Source: an uncultured Bacteroidales bacterium (GTDB taxonomy: Bacteria > Bacteroidota > Bacteroidia > Bacteroidales > P3). Taken from it: DNA of 64,000 nt. The notes under the pieces are model-generated. The model was not told the DNA's origin. It saw nothing but the letters and a program-made list of their open reading frames with translations, and searched no databases. The number at the start of each line of letters is the position of its first letter. Position 1 is the stretch's first letter. The DNA lies in NCBI GenBank assembly GCA_910578275.1, contig CAJTPR010000005.1:109030-173029 (forward strand), given 5' to 3'. Both the position numbers and the translations under genes were made by a program. Below, piece after piece: positions 49,812-57,824 of the stretch.

Positions 49812-50049
49812 ATTTAAAATAGAAATTGATGGAGATTACTGTCCCTTTTTCTGTTAGTAAATCCTTTGAAACATAGATTGTATACCCTGTTGATTGGGTT
49901 GGACTACCACCTGACTTTTTAATAATCACATCTCCGGTTCCCAATGTCTTTTCTTTAAAAGATTTTTCGCTAACATAGCGCAAGGGAATATTGCCGAACT
50001 CTCCAATGGATATGGGCAATGTCTGCGCCCTTAACATAATACACTGCAT
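49812..50049 (-). pseudogene. Fragment of a restriction-enzyme specificity (HsdS-type) target-recognition domain
   Basis: LPISIGEFGNIPLRYVSEKSFKEKTLGTGDVIIKKSGGSPTQSTGYTIYV resembles an S-subunit TRD (GD[IV][IL]..KSGG...G). The ORF then reads through the composition boundary into GC-rich native DNA (49696-49811), so it is truncated at the junction. Confidence 0.5.
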
Positions 50050-50307
50050 TAGGCTCTCTTCGCTTGGAATTTCATTACCCCAATCTCCAGCAGTAAATAT
50101 CAGCCGTTTGAGCTGCTATTATACTATTTTCCAATGTTTATGCGATAATTATGGAAGGCTATGGTTTGTATGTAAAGAAAATCTACTATTAAATCAGCGT
50201 ATAGGATTATTGTATTTTGTTATAATATATTTGGAGTACTTTTGCAATTTCCTCAACTGTAATATCGTATAATAATAGAAAAGCGAATACTATTCTAAAG
50301 CAATTAA

Positions 50308-51078
50308 ATGTCTCGCATACTATACAAATATTTGGATATAGTTGGTGCAAAGTGTATGATTGGAAACCAGAATCTCCAATTCACTAATGCGTCTCAACTG
50401 AATGACCCTTTCGATTGTCATCCAAAATTAATTGACTACTCAAATGTGCCGGATAATAGACTTCACGGATGGATACCTGAGGAATGGTGGATTGAGAAAG
50501 AAGAAAACGATGCTTTCAATTTGCGCAATGATACATGGTTATGCAGTTTGTCAAAAGTTAATAATTCATTACTGATGTGGAGCCATTATTGTTATAACCA
50601 TAAAGGTATTTGTGTAGGACTTGACATGGGAAAATTGATGGAGTCAGTTCCGCCAATGTTTGGTACAATATATCATGAACCGCTTGTTTTTGATGTTCAG
50701 TATCAGGATATAATAGAGCGTCCTAACGCATATCATAGCAAAAATGATATATTCAGTTATCAATGGCGGACAAAAGCAAAGGAATGGGAATATGAGCAGG
50801 AGGTGAGATTAGTCGTGCCAAGTCCCTACGCTGCGTATGCCGCTTTTACCCCACAACAAGCTGAACAGGATAAGAAAATATGGGATTGGCGTGAGATACG
50901 CCATTATATGCCACTGAAAGGCGAATGCTTTGAGTCTATCTATTTTGGCGTCAATATAGAACAAACTGAAAAAGAAAAAATAATCCGATACGTTCGCAAG
51001 AAACTAAATCCACAACTCAAGTTATACCAAATGGAAATAGATGACAATGCTTTTAGATTGCAACCAGTAATTATATGA
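50308..51078 (+). CDS. DUF2971 family protein
   Basis: 256 aa. LYKYLDIVGAKCMIGNQNLQFTNASQLNDPFDC is the characteristic DUF2971 N-terminal signature. Function unknown. Confidence 0.65.
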   Translation: MSRILYKYLDIVGAKCMIGNQNLQFTNASQLNDPFDCHPKLIDYSNVPDNRLHGWIPEEWWIEKEENDAFNLRNDTWLCSLSKVNNSLLMWSHYCYNHKGICVGLDMGKLMESVPPMFGTIYHEPLVFDVQYQDIIERPNAYHSKNDIFSYQWRTKAKEWEYEQEVRLVVPSPYAAYAAFTPQQAEQDKKIWDWREIRHYMPLKGECFESIYFGVNIEQTEKEKIIRYVRKKLNPQLKLYQMEIDDNAFRLQPVII

Positions 51079-51287
51079 ACGATTAAGTGTCGGTAAATTC
51101 TGATTTATCTGGCGAAAGATTTTATTTTGTTTTTCAATCACAACAAAAATATCGTTCAAAAAATAATGTTACCCTTGTAGTTAGGAAGAGTTATTTGGCT
51201 TAAATACGCCGTTAAATATTATTTAAACTGTTATGTTAATCCGTCCACAATCTAAAATAAACACCTGACGGAAATATAAATTTGAGC

Positions 51288-51335
51288 AAAGCGTAGCGAA
51301 TGGACTGGAACAGCGTTCGTTACGCTTTTCTTTTT
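51288..51335 (+). terminator. Strong hairpin plus T-tract inside the island
   Basis: 13-bp stem AAAGCGTAGCGAA/TTCGTTACGCTTT (one G-T pair), 15-nt loop, then TCTTTTT. There is no ORF of 60 aa or more between 51079 and 51520. Confidence 0.45.
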
Positions 51336-51520
51336 GGTTGGTATAATGCCACTCCAAGCCGTGCGAAAGCCACTAGGCGCAAGAGTTCAGTTACTACCTC
51401 ATTACCGTGCGGATACAGTAGATTTCTTGTCAAGTGCTTGTTTTTCTGCGGTTTGCATAATTTCACATAGCTTCGGTAACTCACTGTAATATAGTTTTGT
51501 AACCCCCAAAGGAGTGAGTT

Positions 51521-51877
51521 ATAAGAAGTACATTCAAAGTATTGTTCTACGTGAAGAAAGGCAGCGAGAAGCGGGGCGGCAACTTGCCTCTAATGTGCCG
51601 TATCACGGTGGACGGTGAAATCAAACAGTTCAGTTGCAAGATGGATATTCCCTTGTGGCTGTGGGACGTGAAGAACAACCAGGCTTCTGGTAAGAGTGCC
51701 GAAGCGCAGAAAATCAATCGTGCAGTGGATAAAATCCGTGTGGAGGTAACCGCCGCTATCAGGAACTGATGCAGACAGATATGTTACCGCCGCAAAGTTG
51801 AAAGATGCATATCTCGGTATAGGTGTCAAGCAGGAAACCCTACTGAAACTCTTCGAGCAGCATAATGCCGAGTTTTG
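51521..51877 (+). pseudogene. Remnant of a Bacteroides CTn/NBU-type tyrosine integrase (N-terminal arm-binding region only)
   Basis: (I)RSTFKVLFYVKKGSEKRGGNLPLMCRITVDGEIKQFSCKMDIPLWLWDVKNNQASGKS...KIRVEV is the typical N-terminus. ATA replaces the ATG. The homology continues in two other frames (NRRYQELMQTD, then YVTAAKLKDAYLGIGVKQETLLKLFEQHNAEF*), so there are at least two frameshifts. The catalytic domain is absent. Confidence 0.75.
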
Positions 51878-52097
51878 AGGGAGTACAGGATAAGACGGAC
51901 TATCCGTATATCGGACAAATGCAGTATTAAGGTTTACAACCTCGAAACGATAACCGCCCTCGCTTTCCGCATCGGCACATACGGAGCGGAACGGGTACGC
52001 CAAGCCTTGTTGGAAAGGATAACACACGGGCGGAAAGAGAAAACGACCGTTTTCGTTTCACTGTTCACGGAGGGCAAACCCAACAGCCGTTGGCAAG

Positions 52098-52164
52098 CAT
52101 GATGATATATCAACAAGCAAACCTATCATCATGTAATCATATCAACAAACAAACCTGTTGATAT
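52098..52164. repeat. Two iteron-like direct repeats, each embedded in its own inverted repeat
   Basis: ATATCAACAAGCAAACCT (52107-52124) lies between CATGATGAT and ATCATCATG. ATATCAACAAACAAACCT (52139-52156) is followed by GTTGATAT, the complement of its own 5' end. Confidence 0.6.
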
Positions 52165-52212
52165 GGTGATACGGAGTTTATTCCTCTTTTAGAGGAAAGC
52201 GGAGCAATCATT

Positions 52213-52376
52213 CCCGTTTACAAAGGCGAAGTACGTATGGGGCTTGATGTCGGCTTCAAGGTCAGGAGGCGGCTATGCCGTTTCCCGACAAATCTTCCTC
52301 TCGCTTCGTTGCGAGCGTATTTGTCGGAAAAACCTTGCTTCCGACCGCCCCATGCAAGAGAAGCCTTTGTAAACGG
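52213..52376. other. Nested imperfect hairpin of about 165 nt (candidate structured RNA or recombination site)
   Basis: Hand-paired helices: 52214-27/52363-76 (14 bp), 52235-43/52347-55 (9 bp), 52249-53/52341-45 (5 bp), 52257-62/52332-37 (6 bp), 52281-83/52328-30 (3 bp), 52285-93/52319-27 (9 bp) and 52300-04/52311-15 (5 bp, hexaloop). A 4-bp side hairpin lies at 52270-80. Confidence 0.6.
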
Positions 52377-52799
52377 AAACGACCGCCCCGCCCCCTCCGA
52401 CCGAAAGGAAAAAATAATATAAAGGGAGTTTGGATTGGGCAAGCACAGGTAATGTAGTCGCAATTCAGAATGTCTAGCACACTCGCCAATAATGAATATA
52501 GCAGGTTCTCTTAGTCAAGTCGGTACAATTAAAGTATTGATGATAAGGATTATTATGTCACTATTTCCGTATATGTTCACTCAAACATGACAAATGTTTT
52601 GTATAACACAAAACCTTTCGGGTTACATCTGAATGTATGTCCGTCTGAACACAGCAAGATGTCTTTTCAGCCGCTCAAAAAGATTTGAGCAGCTTGAAAA
52701 GTCTTGCCGTCTATGCGGACAATCTCACCTACAAAGTCGGGAGATTAAATTTTCAATAAAAAGATGGTTAACTATAACTTGTAAGCTAAATAAAAGTAG

Positions 52800-52807
52800 T
52801 ACATTTG
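52800..52807 (+). promoter_or_regulatory. -7 promoter box (TACATTTG) for the R-M-S gene
   Basis: Perfect TAnnTTTG, 42 nt before the ATG at 52849. Confidence 0.4.
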
Positions 52808-52848
52808 CATATTGGGGTATTATATATAATTTTGATTATAAAAGACAT

Positions 52849-55764
52849 ATGGATACAATGCCATTAGAAGCTGATACAAGGAATCTTATTGATACCGCTT
52901 TAACTAACTTAGGATGGAAGTTAAACGGAAAAGATAAGAATGTTTTCTTTGAACAGCCAAAAACAGAAGCAGAACGCAAATCTCTTGGAGGCAAACGTCC
53001 TGATTATGTGTTGTACTCAAATGAGAGTGATAGACCACTAATTGTTATTGAGGCCAAAAAGAAAGGCACTCGCCTTGATGTAGCAATGGAGCAAGGTATT
53101 AGTTATGCTCGTGCAATTAATGCTCCACTTGTATTTGCTACAGATGGAGTATTCTGTAAAGCATATCATACAGAAGCCAATAGAGCTCCTATTTTAAATG
53201 GGGAAGAAATAGACGAGTTTATCAGAGAAACTCTTGCGTTGCGGTATTTGACAACTTATGAGGTAAATACCGTAAGTCCCAAGGTTCAATATGATAGAAA
53301 AGAGTTAATCCGTATATTTGATGAAGCAAATAATATGTTACGAGGGGAAGGATTGCGTGCTGGAATTGAACGTTTTGGTGAGTTTGCAAATATACTATTC
53401 CTAAAACTTATTAGTGAAAGCGAACAAATCAAAAGAGAAAGTGGTATTAAAACGCTTTTTGATGCAACAGCATGTAGTTGGGATAGCATTAAAAATATTC
53501 CTTTTACAACTCGCATTGACTATATAAATAAAACAGTTTATGAAAAACTAAATTCATTATATAATACTGATATATTTACTCCCTTACAGATTCGAGATGC
53601 AAGTATCTTGAAAGAAATAATGGATAAGCTTGACCCACTAACGCTTACTGATGTGGATAGTGATGTAAAGGGAGATGCTTTTGAGTATTTTTTGAAAGCT
53701 TCAACTGCAACTAAAAATGACTTAGGAGAATATTTCACTCCACGCCACATTGTAAAAACAATGGTGCGTTTGGTTAATCCCCAAATTGGGGAAGCCATAT
53801 ATGACCCATTTTGTGGCACAGGTGGATTCTTAATAGAGAGTTTTCGCTATATATACAATAATATGGCGAGAACCGAAGCCAATATAAAGATGTTGCGGGA
53901 GCATACGGTTTATGGCAATGAAATTACTAATACTGCACGTATCACCAAAATGAATATGATTTTGGCGGGTGATGGGCATAGCAATATCAATATGCGTGAT
54001 AGTTTGGCAAATCCTATAGACGGGAAAGCTACATATAGAGATAATGATGGAAGTGAGTATCATTACGGATATGATATAGTCCTTGCAAATATGCCTTATT
54101 CTCAAAAAACTAAACATGGAGCATTGTATGACTTACCAAGTACAAATGGTGATAGTATTTGTGTACAACATTGTATGAAAGCAATAAATAGCACATCTCC
54201 TAATGGTAGAATGGCTTTGGTCGTTTCTGAAGGCTTTCTTTTTAGAAAGGATTTAACGAGAACACGTGAATACCTCTTGGAAAATTGCCAATTACAAAGT
54301 ATTATTTCATTGCCACAGGGCGTGTTCTTGCCATATACAGGTGTTAAAACGGATATTATATATGCAACCAAAGTAAATCAAAAGATAAAGAAGTCAGAGA
54401 AGAAAAAAGAATTTTGGTACTTTGATGTCAAAAGCGACGGATATACTTTAGATAACCATCGCCGTAAATTAGATACACATAGTGATTTGGCTAAATATGA
54501 GGAGTTTCGTAAGTTAGATGAGGACCAATCTACAGAAATGACGAATGTGGGATTTGAAATAATTCCACTCGATAAGGTGCACAAAAATGCCAATATTTTG
54601 GTGGGTAGTCGTTATCGAAAAGCCAAGATGATTGATTCAAAGTACGATGTGGTTAGAATTGAAGATGTCGCTACACTAAATAATGGATATGCTTTTCCTT
54701 TATCATTACAAGGGCAAGAGGGGACAATCCCATTCTATAAAGTAAGTGATATGAACTCTGAAGGTAACGAAGTTGAAATGAAAAAAAGTAACAATTATGT
54801 ATCAGCTGAAATTGCCAAGGCGAAAAAGTGGGGGATAGCGCCGATAGGCACGGTTATATTTCCAAAAATTGGAGCTGCTATTGCCACTAATAAAAAAAGA
54901 GTTCTAAGTCTACCCGCAATATTCGACAACAATATTATGGGTATTATATGTGGTGATAAAGTATTGCCACGCTTTATGCTATATATGTTGGAACATATAG
55001 ATATTTCTAATTGGGCGTCATTAGCTAATCCTCCATCAATTTCTCGGCAAGCAGTTCTTGAACAAGAAATTCCGTTGCCTTCTATAGAAGTTCAACAGCA
55101 AATAGTTGACGAACTTGACGGATATAGAAAAATTATTTTCGGTGCTCAATCTATTGTATCAAGCTATGAACCGCATTTGCCAAAGTTTAAGACAGGCACT
55201 ATTGTAAAGCTTTCGGATATTTGTGAGATTAATCGTTTTTCTGTAAATCCAGAACAAGAATACGGAGAAGAAACGTTTACTTATATTGATATTTCTTCTG
55301 TTACCAACGGTACGGGCAAAGTTAATAAATCACAAAAAATAAAAGGAAAAGATGCTCCCTGTAGAGCAAGGCGAGGAATGAGCAAGGGAGATATATTAAT
55401 GTCAACCGTTCGTCCCAATCTAAAGGCTTTCAGTTATGTTGATTTTGACACTAAAGGCTTTGTTGCCTCGACCGGCTTTGCTGTTTTGAGCCCCCAAAAT
55501 GTGAATGGCAAGTATCTACTTTATGCATTATTGGATGATTTTGTTGGGAACCAACTAAGCGATGCAATGAGTAAAGCAATGTATCCAAGCGTAAACAAAT
55601 CTGATTTAGAAAATTTGGATATTATTTGTCCTTCTGTTGAAGAACAGAATGGGGCGGTTATCCAAATTGAAAGAGAATTATCATTCATAAAGCCAGCAGA
55701 AGAAATTGTTTCTATTTTCACAAAAAAAATAGAGCAAAAAATTAACGAAGTTTGGGGTGAATAA
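52849..55764 (+). CDS. Single-chain restriction-modification-specificity enzyme (Type IIB/IIG-like, AloI/HaeIV architecture)
   Basis: 971 aa from MDTMPLEADTRNL. N-terminal PD-(D/E)xK nuclease (RPDYVLY...LIVIEAKKK; D at 53002, E-A-K at 53050-53058). Gamma-class N6-adenine MTase (DPFCGTGGFL, LANMPYS). Two HsdS-type TRDs separated by IPLPSIEVQQQIVDELD, the second containing GDILMSTVRPNLKAF. Confidence 0.8.
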   Translation: MDTMPLEADTRNLIDTALTNLGWKLNGKDKNVFFEQPKTEAERKSLGGKRPDYVLYSNESDRPLIVIEAKKKGTRLDVAMEQGISYARAINAPLVFATDGVFCKAYHTEANRAPILNGEEIDEFIRETLALRYLTTYEVNTVSPKVQYDRKELIRIFDEANNMLRGEGLRAGIERFGEFANILFLKLISESEQIKRESGIKTLFDATACSWDSIKNIPFTTRIDYINKTVYEKLNSLYNTDIFTPLQIRDASILKEIMDKLDPLTLTDVDSDVKGDAFEYFLKASTATKNDLGEYFTPRHIVKTMVRLVNPQIGEAIYDPFCGTGGFLIESFRYIYNNMARTEANIKMLREHTVYGNEITNTARITKMNMILAGDGHSNINMRDSLANPIDGKATYRDNDGSEYHYGYDIVLANMPYSQKTKHGALYDLPSTNGDSICVQHCMKAINSTSPNGRMALVVSEGFLFRKDLTRTREYLLENCQLQSIISLPQGVFLPYTGVKTDIIYATKVNQKIKKSEKKKEFWYFDVKSDGYTLDNHRRKLDTHSDLAKYEEFRKLDEDQSTEMTNVGFEIIPLDKVHKNANILVGSRYRKAKMIDSKYDVVRIEDVATLNNGYAFPLSLQGQEGTIPFYKVSDMNSEGNEVEMKKSNNYVSAEIAKAKKWGIAPIGTVIFPKIGAAIATNKKRVLSLPAIFDNNIMGIICGDKVLPRFMLYMLEHIDISNWASLANPPSISRQAVLEQEIPLPSIEVQQQIVDELDGYRKIIFGAQSIVSSYEPHLPKFKTGTIVKLSDICEINRFSVNPEQEYGEETFTYIDISSVTNGTGKVNKSQKIKGKDAPCRARRGMSKGDILMSTVRPNLKAFSYVDFDTKGFVASTGFAVLSPQNVNGKYLLYALLDDFVGNQLSDAMSKAMYPSVNKSDLENLDIICPSVEEQNGAVIQIERELSFIKPAEEIVSIFTKKIEQKINEVWGE

Positions 55765-55766
55765 TT

Positions 55767-56057
55767 ATGGTAGAAGTAATTGACTACACAGAAGTTCCAT
55801 ATTTGCAGGAAATATTGAGTTATCTTCCAATCAATCCTGATGATGAAGAAGATATAAATAGCTATGTCAATAATGTAACTAATTTAATTGCCGTAAATTA
55901 CAAATATGAGCAGTATCAATTTGCCTATTTTGGTGTTCATCTGCTCTATATGACTTATATTTATTGTACAGCATGGCAAATCAGTCAAATTATCCCTGAT
56001 AGATATAAAGATGAATTGTTTTTGCACGTCCATATAGTGGCAGAGAGAAAGACTTGA
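55767..56057 (+). CDS. Hypothetical protein; probably the N-terminal part of a frameshifted gene continuing at 56054
   Basis: Starts 2 nt after the R-M-S stop. Adding one T to the T5 run at 56019-56023 joins it in frame to the next ORF (…DELFFARPYSGREKDLKIEDANS…). Confidence 0.45.
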   Translation: MVEVIDYTEVPYLQEILSYLPINPDDEEDINSYVNNVTNLIAVNYKYEQYQFAYFGVHLLYMTYIYCTAWQISQIIPDRYKDELFLHVHIVAERKT

Positions 56058-56548
56058 AGATAGAAGATGCTAATTCAATATTTGCATATAGTTTATTACC
56101 GGAAAAAGATATTGCAAAACTTTTTAAAATTATATGTTTGGATAAATCCCAAATTGCAAATGTTAGTGATTTAGTAGATGCACGTAACGATATGGCACAT
56201 GCATCGGGGAAATTCAATATTCTTACAGAAGATGGTTATGATGCAAAAGGCAGTAGTATATTGTCTTCAATGAAAAATATTCATAAATGTATGAATGAAT
56301 CAATACGAAAATGGTATTCTGAAATCTTAGTTAGTTTCTGTGCTGGAGAATTTTCAGATTATAAAAAAGCGCGAGATTTATTGACAGAATATATGATTCA
56401 GAGTTTTAAATTATCGGTAAATGAATTGTTAGTTTGTAATGAAATGAGTGTAAGTGGTTTAATAACTCAACATCGCGGATATCAAACCAAACTTAAGCAT
56501 TTTAAGAAAACTGTCGCAGATTATTGCCAAGAGATGGGATATATATAG
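56054..56548 (+). CDS. Rx4H-motif (HEPN-like, Abi-like) protein
   Basis: VDARNDMAHASG, with R at 56183-56185 and H at 56198-56200, fits the HEPN Rx4-6H signature in a predicted all-alpha context. TTG start in the track. The frame is open upstream to 56015. Confidence 0.5.
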   Translation: MKIEDANSIFAYSLLPEKDIAKLFKIICLDKSQIANVSDLVDARNDMAHASGKFNILTEDGYDAKGSSILSSMKNIHKCMNESIRKWYSEILVSFCAGEFSDYKKARDLLTEYMIQSFKLSVNELLVCNEMSVSGLITQHRGYQTKLKHFKKTVADYCQEMGYI

Positions 56549-56550
56549 TT

Positions 56551-57575
56551 ATGGGTAAAAAAACTTCAAATACATAATAGTACGGCTGAATTCCTTATAT
56601 TTCAATTAGAAAGTAAAGAAGAAGGAATAGAGGTCTTATATCAAGACGAAACACTTTGGCTTACACAAGATACCATAGCTACACTATTTAATAAAGGGCG
56701 TTCAACAATTGCAGAACATTTGCAAAACATTTTTCAAAGCCTAGAATTACAAGAAGATTCAGTCTGTCGGAAATTCCGACGAACTGCTGCTGACGGAAAA
56801 AGTTATGCTACTAAATATTATAATTTAGATGCAGTCATTTCTGTCGGTTATAGAGCCAATTCTGTACGTGCTACCCAATTCCGGCAATGGTGTACCTATG
56901 TTCTCCGACAATTTGCCATACGCGGTTATGTGATTGACAAGAAACGAATGGAAAACGGAACATTCATCAATGAGGATTATTTCGAACATTTACTTGCGGA
57001 AATAAGAGAGATTCGATTGAGTGAACGCCGCTTTTATCAAAAGTTGACGGATATTTCGAGAACAAGTATTGACTATAATCGAGATGCCCCAACAACCAGA
57101 ATGTTTTTCAAGAAGGTGCAAAATAAAATGCACTATGCTGTTCACGGGCATACTACGGCAGAACTGATTGTAGAACGAGCCAATGCAGAAAAAGAGCATA
57201 TGGGACTTACTTCTTGGGAGAAAGCCCCTAACGGCAAGATTGTAAAAACAGATGTCAATAGCTAAGAACTATTTAAAAGAAACAGAATTGGAGTCAATGG
57301 GAAGAATAGTCAATGCTTTTCTTGATTTAGCGGAAGACAGAGCAACGCGTCATATTCCTATGACTATGGAAGATTGGGCTGTTCGTATCGACAAGTTCTT
57401 GGATGGTGATGACAGACCCATACTGGTTGACGCCGGCACAATATCTGCAGAACAAGCTAAGTTACATGCAGAGACCGAGTTTGAGAAATATCGCATTATC
57501 CAAGATAAGTTGTTTCAATCAGATTTTGATCATTGGGGGACAAACAATTTGTTTGGTTTTGATAAGGAAGAATAA
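56551..57575 (+). pseudogene. RhuM-family protein gene, disrupted by two frameshifts
   Basis: Strong RhuM similarity (ETLWLTQDTIATLFNKGRSTIAEHLQNIF, TAADGKSYATKYYNLDAVISVGYRANSVRATQFRQW, ...SIAKNYLKETELESMGRIVNAFLDLAEDRA). The ATG at 56551 is out of frame by one A in the A7 run at 56557-56563. A second shift lies near 57252. Confidence 0.75.
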
Positions 57576-57576
57576 A

Positions 57577-57619
57577 TGCAAAGGTTATGACTGTATTAAA
57601 AAATAATCATACCTTTGCA
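57577..57619 (+). terminator. Hairpin immediately after the rhuM remnant (no T-tract)
   Basis: 13-bp stem TGCAAAGGT(T)ATGA/TCATACCTTTGCA with one bulge and a 16-nt A/T loop. Confidence 0.3.
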
Positions 57620-57781
57620 ATCAAGAGTTATTTGACAGGATAGCACCGCAAACCACTGCAAATAGCACGGCGTCCAACTCGTTACCGTTGTTTCTCAAAT
57701 AATTCATTAAACATTTAATCCACAAATGGTTGCGTCAGGCTGTTGAAAACCTAAAATAATTCGTAAATTCACAGCCGATTT

Positions 57782-57803
57782 GCCGACAGGCGGGTCGGCT
57801 TTT
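57782..57803 (+). terminator. Terminator-like hairpin just upstream of the CoA-transferase beta gene
   Basis: GCCGAC AGGCGG GTCGGC followed by TTTT, 22 nt before the ATG at 57825. Confidence 0.4.
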
Positions 57804-57824
57804 GCATGCTAAAAAATCTTCAAA

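Larger units (their letters stand above)
49812..57730. mobile_element. AT-rich horizontally acquired island (decayed integrative element carrying defence genes); boundaries approximate, the right one especially (57.62-57.78 kb)
   Basis: Abrupt composition change. Spot counts of 60-nt lines give 8/60 and 23/60 G+C inside the island versus 37/60 in kamD. Content: hsdS fragment, DUF2971, integrase remnant, fused R-M-S enzyme, Rx4H gene and RhuM. I found no flanking direct repeats. Confidence 0.7.

Noticed and set aside
49812-50130. Whether the inverted hsdS fragment is a silent cassette of a phase-variable specificity shufflon feeding the R-M-S enzyme.
   Set aside because: By eye I found no extended DNA identity or inverted repeats shared between the fragment and the TRD-coding part of 52849-55764. 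Only GAAATTCC is common. The only recombinase is a dead stub.
51875-52102. A 75-aa ORF (MREYRIRRTIRISDKCSIKVYNLETITALAFRIGTYGAERVRQALLERI...) after the integrase remnant, considered as a possible excisionase or HTH gene.
   Set aside because: It begins inside the frameshifted integrase remnant, has no recognisable HTH family signature, and overlaps an equally long antisense ORF. It is more likely debris of the decayed element.
52213-52376. Whether the nested hairpin is a retron msr/msd.
   Set aside because: No reverse transcriptase ORF occurs anywhere in the window, and I could not identify the conserved branching-G context. The idea is retained only as one low-probability option in the finding.
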